Origin: an uncultured Lentisphaeraceae bacterium
Lineage (GTDB): Bacteria > Verrucomicrobiota > Kiritimatiellia > RFP12 > UBA1067
Direction: 5' to 3'
Length of the DNA: 64,000 bases
Assembly (NCBI GenBank): GCA_964386865.1
Contig: CAYLUN010000011.1
Span: 12,058 to 76,057 of the forward strand
How positions within the stretch are numbered: position 1 is the stretch's first letter; every line of letters starts with the position of its first letter. Shown here piece after piece: positions 18,118 to 25,114 of the stretch. Under the pieces are notes generated by a model. It searched no databases. It was not told where the DNA came from and saw only the letters and a program-made list of their open reading frames with translations. The position numbers and the translations under genes were made by a program.

Positions 18118-19017
18118 ATGACGGGTACGATTTTCGACATCAAGCGGTTTTCGATGCATGACGGCCCCGGAATACGCACCACGGTTTTCCTGAAGGGCTG
18201 TCCGCTGTCGTGCGTCTGGTGCCACAATCCGGAGAGTCAGGCTGTTGCGCCTAGCCTGCTGTATCGGCCGGAGCTGTGCCTGCGGTGCGGGCGGTGCGTG
18301 GCGCAGTGCCCGCAGGGCGCGTGGGTGGCGGGTGAGGGTGAAGCGCCCGTGCGGGACGGGGCGCGCTGCCACGCCTGCGGCGGGTGTGCGGAGGCTTGCC
18401 CGGCGGAGGCGATCACCCGCGTGGGGCGCGAGATCGGTGCCGACGCGCTCGTCGAGGTTTTGGCCAAGGACCGGCTGTTCTTTGACGAGTCCGACGGCGG
18501 AGTGACGTTTTCGGGAGGCGAGCCGCTGGGCCAGCCGGCGTTCTTGAAAGCGGTGCTGGAGCGTTGCCGACAGATGGGTCTGCACAGCGCGGTGGATACG
18601 TGCGGGTTCGCGTCGCGGCAGACGATGCGAGAGGTGGCCGAGCGCGCCGACCTGCTGCTGTACGACCTGAAGCTGCTCGACCCGGAGGCACACCGCCGCT
18701 ACACGGGCGTTTCGAACGAGGACATCCTCGCGAATTTGCGCATGCTGGTCGCGGATGGCCAGCGCGTGGAGATCCGCATGCCGATGATCCCGGGCATCAC
18801 GGATACGGCGGAGAATGTGACGGCTGCTGCGGCGTTTGTCGCGTCTCTGCCGTCGCCGCCGCGCGTGCGGCTGCTGGGTCACCACCACGCGGCGATGTCG
18901 AAGTACCGGCGCTTCGGCATGGAGCACCAGCTGGGCGAGATGGAAGATCCCTCGCCCGACCATATGGCGGAACTCGCGGCGCGCATGCGGGGCCTGGGCG
19001 TTGATGCGTTTGTGTAG
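18118..19017 (+). CDS. Glycyl-radical enzyme activating enzyme (radical SAM, with extra ferredoxin-like clusters)
   Basis: N-terminal CPLSCVWCHN (CxxxCxxC) is present. Two additional clusters follow: CLRCGRCVAQCP and CHACGGCAEACP. RBS AGGAGA. Confidence 0.9.
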   Translation: MTGTIFDIKRFSMHDGPGIRTTVFLKGCPLSCVWCHNPESQAVAPSLLYRPELCLRCGRCVAQCPQGAWVAGEGEAPVRDGARCHACGGCAEACPAEAITRVGREIGADALVEVLAKDRLFFDESDGGVTFSGGEPLGQPAFLKAVLERCRQMGLHSAVDTCGFASRQTMREVAERADLLLYDLKLLDPEAHRRYTGVSNEDILANLRMLVADGQRVEIRMPMIPGITDTAENVTAAAAFVASLPSPPRVRLLGHHHAAMSKYRRFGMEHQLGEMEDPSPDHMAELAARMRGLGVDAFV

Positions 19018-19153
19018 GATTGCGGCGGCGATGGGCGCGGCATCCGCTTGACGGACAAGCCTCGACACTGCTGGGGCGGGTCAGTCAGCACGCGGGTAGC
19101 GCGTCGGGCGTCTTTAAGCGGAACCCGTTCACGGGGCCAAGAAGAGGCGCACA

Positions 19154-19179
19154 TTTCTCACACCTCCGGAGGTGTGAGA
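19154..19179. promoter_or_regulatory. Perfect 26-bp palindrome TTCTCACACCTCCGGAGGTGTGAGAA (copy 1), about 143 bp upstream of the GRE start
   Basis: Exact palindrome read directly from the sequence. An identical copy lies at 24962-24987, upstream of the 25115 gene. Confidence 0.5.
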
Positions 19180-19321
19180 ATGGGATACATCACGTCATGT
19201 GCAGAGGGAGTGGGGGCAACGGCCCTCCTGGTGTATTTCTCTCTTTCCGGCTTCGGCCGGGCGTTTACAAGCGGCGGCGAAACGTGTACTCTAGTGCTCC
19301 AGTTCAGAAAGAAGGTGTGTG

Positions 19322-21682
19322 ATGAATGATCGGGTTGCCAAGCTGCGCCAGGCCAGTTTCGAGGCCGAGCCGACTATTTCAACGGAGCGCGCCGTGTGGA
19401 TCACGCGCTTCTACCGCGAGCACATCGGTAAGCACTCCGTGCCGGTCATGCGGGCCAAGGCCTTCGAATATCTCTATGCGAACCAGAATCTGTACATAGG
19501 CGGCGGCGAGCTGATCGTCGGCGAGCGCGGGCCGAAGCCCAAGGCGGTCTCCACCTATCCTGAGCTGACCTGCCACAGCGAAGAGGATCTGCGCATCCTG
19601 GGCAGCCGTAAGAAGACGCACTATGGAACCACGGAGGAGGACGTGCGCGTCTACCGCGAGGAGGTCATCCCCTTCTGGCGCGGCCGCACCATGCGCGAGC
19701 GGCTCTTCGCGGGGCTCTCGGACGCGTGGAAGGCGGCTTACGAGGCCGGGCTCTTCACCGAGTTCATGGAGCAGCGAGCCCCGGGCCACACCACCTTCGA
19801 CGGCAAGTTCTACCAGAAGGGCCTGCTGGGCTTCAAGGCCGATATCGCCGCCGCGCGCGCCGCGCTCGACTTCCTGAGTGACCCCGAGGCCGCGCCCAAG
19901 CGCGAGGAGCTGACGGCCATGGCCATCGCCTGCGACGCGGTGATGACCTTCGCGCGGCGCCACGCCGAGCTGGCGGAGCGGATGGCCGCGGCCGAGCCCT
20001 GCCCGCAGCGTAAGGCCGAGCTGCTGCAGATCGCGGCGACCTGCCGCCGCGTGCCGGCCGAGGCCCCGCGCGATTTCCGCGAGGCGCTGCAGATGTACTG
20101 GTTCATGCACCTGGGCACCATCACGGAGCTGAATGGCTGGGACGCCATGAACCCCGGCCACCTCGACCGCTACTTCTATCCGTTCTATCAGCGCGACCTC
20201 GAGGCGGGCGCGCTGACGCGCGAGCAGGCCAAGGAGCTGCTGGAGTGCTTCTGGATCAAGTTCAACAACCACCCGGCTCCGCCCAAGGTGGGCGTGACGG
20301 CCGAGGAGAGCGGCACCTACAACGACTTCACCAACATCAACCTCGGCGGCATCCTGCCCGACGGCGGCGACGGCGTGAACGAGCTGTCCTACCTGATGCT
20401 CGAGGTCATCGACGAGATCCACCTGCTGCAGCCGCAGGCCAACCTCCAGCTCAGCCGCAAGAACCCGGATCGCTTCCTCAAAGCCGCCTGCGAGGTGATC
20501 CGCAAGGGCTACGGCTACCCCTCGGTCTTCAACGCCGACGGCGTGGTCGAGCAGATGGTGCGCTGCGGCAAGCGGATCGAGGACGCGCGCGAGGGTGGCA
20601 CCAGCGGCTGCGTCGAGACGGGCGCCTTCGGCAAAGAGGCGTACGTGCTGACCGGCTACCTCAACACGCCCAAAATCTTGGAGCTTGCGCTGAACAACGG
20701 GCGCGACCCGCGCACCGGCAAGCAACTGGGGCCCGAGACGGGCGACCCGCGGCAGTTCGCGTCGCTGGACGACGTCTTCGCGGCGTTTGAGCGCCAGCTG
20801 CGCCATGTCGTGGATCTGAAGGTGGCGGGCAACGCCTTCATCGAGAGGATGTACGCCGCAGAGATGCCCGCCGTCTTCCTCTCCGTGCTGATCGACGACT
20901 GCATCAAGACCGGCAAGGACTACAACGCGGGCGGCGCGCGCTACAACACGAGCTACATCCAGTGCGTGGGCATCGGCACCATCACGGACAGCCTGTCCGC
21001 CATCGGAAAGCATGTGTTTGAGACGCATGCGCTCACGATGGGGCAGATGGCAGACGCTCTGGTGGCTGATTTCGCCGGCAGCGAGCCGCTGCGCCTGACG
21101 CTTTGGAACAAGACGCCGCGCTACGGCAACGACGACGACGCGGCCGACGGGCTCATGAAGCGGGTTTTCGAGGCGCTCTACTCGGCCATCGACGGCCGCC
21201 CCAACCTGCGCGGGGGCCAGTACCATGTCGACATGCTGCCGACCACTTGCCACATCTACTTCGGCTCGGTCCTCGGCGCGACGCCGGACGGCCGCAAGGC
21301 GGGCACGCCGGTTTCGGAGGGCATTTCGCCGGTGCAGGGCGCGGATCGCCAGGGGCCCACGGCCGTGGTCAAGTCAGCCGCCAAGATAGATCAGCTCCGC
21401 ACGGGCGGGACGCTGCTGAATATGAAGTTCCTGCCCGGCACGCTGCGCGGGCAGGAGGGCATCGACAAGCTGACTAGCCTGGTGCGCAGCTACTTCCGCA
21501 TGGACGGCCACCACATCCAGTTCAACGTCGTGGACGCGGACACCCTGCGCGAGGCGCAGCGGCGACCGCAGGAGTACCGCGACCTGATCGTGCGCGTGGC
21601 GGGCTACAGCGACTACTTCTGCGACCTGGGTCGCGAGCTGCAGGACGAGATCATCTCCCGCACCGCGCAGAGCGAGTTCTGA
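19322..21682 (+). CDS. Glycyl radical enzyme, pyruvate formate-lyase family, 1,2-eliminase/dehydratase class (glycerol/propanediol/hydroxyproline dehydratase-, CutC- or IslA-like)
   Basis: C-terminal glycyl radical motif VRVAGYSDYF. Cys-loop GTSGCVETG carries the Glu two residues after Cys, as in the eliminase GREs. Length 786 aa. The ATG at 19322 follows GAAGG. Confidence 0.9.
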   Translation: MNDRVAKLRQASFEAEPTISTERAVWITRFYREHIGKHSVPVMRAKAFEYLYANQNLYIGGGELIVGERGPKPKAVSTYPELTCHSEEDLRILGSRKKTHYGTTEEDVRVYREEVIPFWRGRTMRERLFAGLSDAWKAAYEAGLFTEFMEQRAPGHTTFDGKFYQKGLLGFKADIAAARAALDFLSDPEAAPKREELTAMAIACDAVMTFARRHAELAERMAAAEPCPQRKAELLQIAATCRRVPAEAPRDFREALQMYWFMHLGTITELNGWDAMNPGHLDRYFYPFYQRDLEAGALTREQAKELLECFWIKFNNHPAPPKVGVTAEESGTYNDFTNINLGGILPDGGDGVNELSYLMLEVIDEIHLLQPQANLQLSRKNPDRFLKAACEVIRKGYGYPSVFNADGVVEQMVRCGKRIEDAREGGTSGCVETGAFGKEAYVLTGYLNTPKILELALNNGRDPRTGKQLGPETGDPRQFASLDDVFAAFERQLRHVVDLKVAGNAFIERMYAAEMPAVFLSVLIDDCIKTGKDYNAGGARYNTSYIQCVGIGTITDSLSAIGKHVFETHALTMGQMADALVADFAGSEPLRLTLWNKTPRYGNDDDAADGLMKRVFEALYSAIDGRPNLRGGQYHVDMLPTTCHIYFGSVLGATPDGRKAGTPVSEGISPVQGADRQGPTAVVKSAAKIDQLRTGGTLLNMKFLPGTLRGQEGIDKLTSLVRSYFRMDGHHIQFNVVDADTLREAQRRPQEYRDLIVRVAGYSDYFCDLGRELQDEIISRTAQSEF

Positions 21683-21700
21683 GGCGCGGCTGCGTGGGGG

Positions 21701-21866
21701 CGAACGCTGAACGGCAAAGTGAAGGCCAGGCTGGTCAGGCTCGCGCTGGGGGGCGAGGCTGCGCCGAGCCGCGGACCGAACGCTGAACGCCGAACGCCGA
21801 ACGGCGAAGTGATGTCCAGGCTGGTCAGGCTCGCGCTGGGGGGCGAGGCTGCGCCGAGCCGCGGAC
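21701..21866. repeat. Tandem duplication, about 90-bp unit x2, immediately downstream of the GRE stop
   Basis: Unit 21701-21776 and unit 21791-21866 share an identical 50-bp core CCAGGCTGGTCAGGCTCGCGCTGGGGGGCGAGGCTGCGCCGAGCCGCGGA. A partial third head copy GAACGCTGAACGC lies between them. Confidence 0.7.
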
Positions 21867-22432
21867 GGCGGAGACGCCGTCCATCTCCGCCTTTGCCTAA
21901 ATGGTGGCTGTCCATCAGCAGGCGGCCCGCACGGAGACGGGCCCTCCAACGCGAGAATAGCCGTTTCGAATCACCTCGCGCTGGAGGGACGACCTCCGTG
22001 ACGTCCTTGCGCTCCAGGCCAAATACATTTCGGCGGTGGTATGAGGGCGCACCGGCGTTCCGTTGTCCCGTCGCCAGATAACGTAAGGATAGCCGACCTG
22101 TAGCTCCGCCGCTTCTGTCGGCGGAGAGGAGGCGTGTTTCCGGCGACACCGGAACTACAGAGCCAGCGGCCCATGGTCTAAGGCTAGCGTAGCGAGGGTT
22201 CTCGCGCCATTTGATTCACAGACGCTTGATACATGAATAAGTGCGAGCACTTGGCGAATAGCGTGGGTGAAGTGCTGTGCTGACAAGAATTTAGACGCGT
22301 CGGCCCTGTAGCGAGGGCTTGACCCCGTACAGCTCCTCCGTGTACGCTTCTAAATATTGGTATCCTGCGCCAGTTCATCTGTCGGGCCGGTGGATTGCGT
22401 CTGGACGCCTATAGTCGTTGGCGGAAGAAGAA

Positions 22433-22837
22433 ATGATGGAAATCCGGATCAAAGGGAATGACCTTCCACAGACAGTCTTGGAGGAGATCGGCCGCGTGGC
22501 CGATCACGCAGGGCTTCAAGTGGACGAGGTCCTGCATGATCCCGTCACGGGAACAGTGACCATTCCGTTTAACCGTTTTCCCATCATAGGGAAGTCAGTG
22601 CTCGGTATCACGCGCCACACCGTTGCACCGGTCAGGAGCAGATTGACGATTCGCAAAGTAACTGATTGCCAGATTAATCAAACGCCAGAGCCCGGACTGA
22701 GAGTGACCATCATCTTCGGTCTGAAGGTCGAGAAGAACACGGTCTTCATGTGCTCTGCGGAGGAAGATAAAGGGCAGCAAATGTTCTCAATGACGTGCCG
22801 AGTCGCGGAACTCGACATCGAAATCAAAGATGAATGA
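22433..22837 (+). CDS. Hypothetical small protein (134 aa), atypically low GC, translationally coupled to the downstream MFS permease
   Basis: The ORF has roughly 50% GC against 68% for the window. It ends in ATGA, overlapping the start of the next gene. No recognisable motifs. The track start at 22418 is TTG; the ATG at 22433 is preferred. Confidence 0.5.
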   Translation: MMEIRIKGNDLPQTVLEEIGRVADHAGLQVDEVLHDPVTGTVTIPFNRFPIIGKSVLGITRHTVAPVRSRLTIRKVTDCQINQTPEPGLRVTIIFGLKVEKNTVFMCSAEEDKGQQMFSMTCRVAELDIEIKDE

Positions 22838-24303
22838 CAGCGCCAACCACCGTAGGCAGGGTACGCTGCGCGCCCCTGCTGCGGGACGTTCGCATGCCGA
22901 TTTGTTCTGAGAGACGGTTGAAGTCAAAAGACGAGGAAGGGCGGTTCTTGGATCGTGAGAACAATAGGCGCTGGTGGCACCCGCGCCATAACCTGCTGGC
23001 GACCCGGCGCGGGCGTCTGACGGCCTTTTTCCTGCTCTACGTGACCGAGGGCATTCCCAACGGTTTCGCGCTGGTGGCGATGGTGACGCAGATGAGGCGG
23101 TTGGGTGTCAGCCCCGAGAACATCGGGCTGTTCTCGGCGTCCTTTACGCTGCCATGGGCCTTCAAGTGGGCGATGGGCCCTTTTGTGGACCTGTTCTACA
23201 TCGACCGGTGGGGGCGGCGGCGGGTCTGGATCGTCGCGGCGCAAGTGCTGATGTGCCTGACGCTGATGGCCGCGCTGGCCGTTGACCTGAAAACGCAGAT
23301 CCAGACGCTCACGGCCCTGATCATTTTGCACAACGTGTTCGCGGCGACGCAGGACGTGGCCATCGACGCGCTGGCCTGCGGCACGCTGCCTGAGCATGAG
23401 CGTGGCACGGCCAACGGACTGATGTTCGGGGGCGCCTATCTGGGGCAGGCCGTGGGCGGAGCGGGCGTCTTGTGCTTGTTGGATTGGGGCGTGCCGCTAG
23501 CCTCCACCTACTTCTTCGTTACAGGGGCGATCCTGTCGGTCACGGTGCTCGTCAGTTTGCGTCTGCGCGAACCGCTACACGGTCACGCCTCTTATGCGGA
23601 AGGGCCGCGCTGGCGGGCGTTGGCGCAGGCTGTTCACGGGTATTGGAGAGACGCGCTGCGGGCTTTCTTTGGGCGGCGCGCGGCTGCCGTGGGCCTGCTT
23701 GTCGCGCTGTTCCCGCTGGGCCCCTATGCGCTGTCGCTGGCGCTTTGCAACAACCTGGCCGTCGAGATGGGGATGTCGGACGGACTGATCGGACGGCTGA
23801 TGCTGCTCGGAACCATACTGGCCGCCGTGTTCTGTGTGGTGGGCGGGTACGTGTCCGACCGGCTCGGGCGGCGTCAGACGCTGTCGTTCGCCGCAGTCGG
23901 AATGGCGCTCACGACGGTCGCGCTGGCGTGGGGCCTGCACCGGCAGGGCTGGCTGTTTCCGGTGGCGATGGATGCGGCGGTCAAGCCGGTGGCTTCGGCG
24001 TTCCTGCTGCATCTGTACATCGGAGCCGGGCTGGCGTATTCGGTCTTCCAGGGGCTGATGTACGGATCACGGACGGCGCTGTTCATGGACGTCTGCAACC
24101 CTGCGGTGGCGGCCACGCAATTCACGGCCTACATGGCCTTGCTGAACGTGGTCATCAGCTACTCGACGTACTGGCAGTGCCGGTTTGTTTCGACGCTGGG
24201 CTATCCGCTGACGCTCGTGCTAGACTCCTGTTTAGGCCTCGTGTGCCTGGCACTGTTGCCGTTCATGACGAAGCATACTGAGCATACGGTCGGGGGGGAT
24301 TAA
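22834..24303 (+). CDS. MFS transporter, AmpG/PAT-family-like permease
   Basis: 12 predicted TM segments. AmpG-like motifs are present (ILHNVFAATQDVAIDALA). The true start may be at an internal Met. Confidence 0.7.
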   Translation: MTAPTTVGRVRCAPLLRDVRMPICSERRLKSKDEEGRFLDRENNRRWWHPRHNLLATRRGRLTAFFLLYVTEGIPNGFALVAMVTQMRRLGVSPENIGLFSASFTLPWAFKWAMGPFVDLFYIDRWGRRRVWIVAAQVLMCLTLMAALAVDLKTQIQTLTALIILHNVFAATQDVAIDALACGTLPEHERGTANGLMFGGAYLGQAVGGAGVLCLLDWGVPLASTYFFVTGAILSVTVLVSLRLREPLHGHASYAEGPRWRALAQAVHGYWRDALRAFFGRRAAAVGLLVALFPLGPYALSLALCNNLAVEMGMSDGLIGRLMLLGTILAAVFCVVGGYVSDRLGRRQTLSFAAVGMALTTVALAWGLHRQGWLFPVAMDAAVKPVASAFLLHLYIGAGLAYSVFQGLMYGSRTALFMDVCNPAVAATQFTAYMALLNVVISYSTYWQCRFVSTLGYPLTLVLDSCLGLVCLALLPFMTKHTEHTVGGD

Positions 24304-24307
24304 TCCA

Positions 24308-24913
24308 ATGGCTGAGTCGTTCCTGTTTGTGGTTCGGGTGTGGCTGAAGATCCTGTTCATCTTCACGCCGTTTCTCATCCTATCGATCTTTCTCGGCATG
24401 ACGCGCGAGTTCGACACGGCTCGGCGCCGCGCGTTCGCGCTGCGGGCGACCGTCGCCGTGGCGGTCATCTGCTTCGTGGTCTACTTCTTCGGCTCGGTCA
24501 TCTTCGCGCTCTTCGGCATCACGCTTGACGCGTTCCGTATCGGCGCGGGCGCGCTGCTCTTCCTGTCGTCGATCGGCCTGGTGCAGGGAAAGGCTCCGCC
24601 GACGCCCAACGGACAGGAGGACCTTGTGGTCGTGCCGTTCGCCATGCCGATCATCGTCGGGCCGGCCGTGATGGGCGTGCTGTTCGTGCTCGGCGCCGAC
24701 GTGGCAAACCTGAAGGAGCGGCTGCTGGGCGCGCTCGCGCTCGGGCTGGCGGTCGCCTGTCTCGGCGCGCTTCTGCTGGTGGCGACGCAGGTGGAGCGCT
24801 GGGTCGGCAAGGACAAGTTGGAGATCATCAGCAAGGTGACCGGGCTGATCCTCGCCGCGCTGGCGGCCCAGATGATCTTCACCGGGGCGCGACACTTCCT
24901 CGTCGGCCCGTGA
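24308..24913 (+). CDS. MarC-family (UPF0056) integral membrane protein
   Basis: Six TM helices. The sequence is typical of the MarC/NAAT family (FTPFLILSIFLGMT...). Confidence 0.75.
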   Translation: MAESFLFVVRVWLKILFIFTPFLILSIFLGMTREFDTARRRAFALRATVAVAVICFVVYFFGSVIFALFGITLDAFRIGAGALLFLSSIGLVQGKAPPTPNGQEDLVVVPFAMPIIVGPAVMGVLFVLGADVANLKERLLGALALGLAVACLGALLLVATQVERWVGKDKLEIISKVTGLILAALAAQMIFTGARHFLVGP

Positions 24914-24961
24914 GGGCGCGGCAGTCGGGGTCACGGTATGGGCGGTATGGGCGTTTCGGCC

Positions 24962-24987
24962 TTCTCACACCTCCGGAGGTGTGAGAA
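24962..24987. promoter_or_regulatory. Perfect 26-bp palindrome TTCTCACACCTCCGGAGGTGTGAGAA (copy 2), about 128 bp upstream of the 25115 start
   Basis: Identical to copy 1 at 19154-19179. It lies in the non-coding leader, which the track mis-annotates as an N-terminal extension of ORF 24938. Confidence 0.5.
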
Positions 24988-25114
24988 CGTGTTGGCGAGC
25001 GCCGGGCAGCGGCAGGATAGGCTCGTCACGCAGCCGGTTCAGGAGCGCCGGGCGAGGGCTGCGGGGTCAAGCCGCCTGAGCGGGCCGGCGGAGTGTGTTC
25101 GAAAGGGGGCTCTG

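Noticed and set aside
19020-19329. Small ORFs (100 aa and 93 aa) in the GRE leader
   Set aside because: They are products of translating the palindrome and promoter region. There is no RBS and no conservation signal. The region is better explained as a regulatory leader.
21374-22149. Minus-strand ORFs of 191 and 178 aa spanning the 90-bp tandem repeat
   Set aside because: The duplicated peptide segments simply mirror the DNA repeat. They overlap the GRE 3' end and there are no start signals.
24938-25114. N-terminal extension MGGMGVSAFSHLRRCENV... of the LamG/PA14 gene
   Set aside because: It translates the 26-bp palindrome and lacks an RBS. The downstream ATG at 25115 has an AAAGGGGG RBS and an immediate signal peptide.
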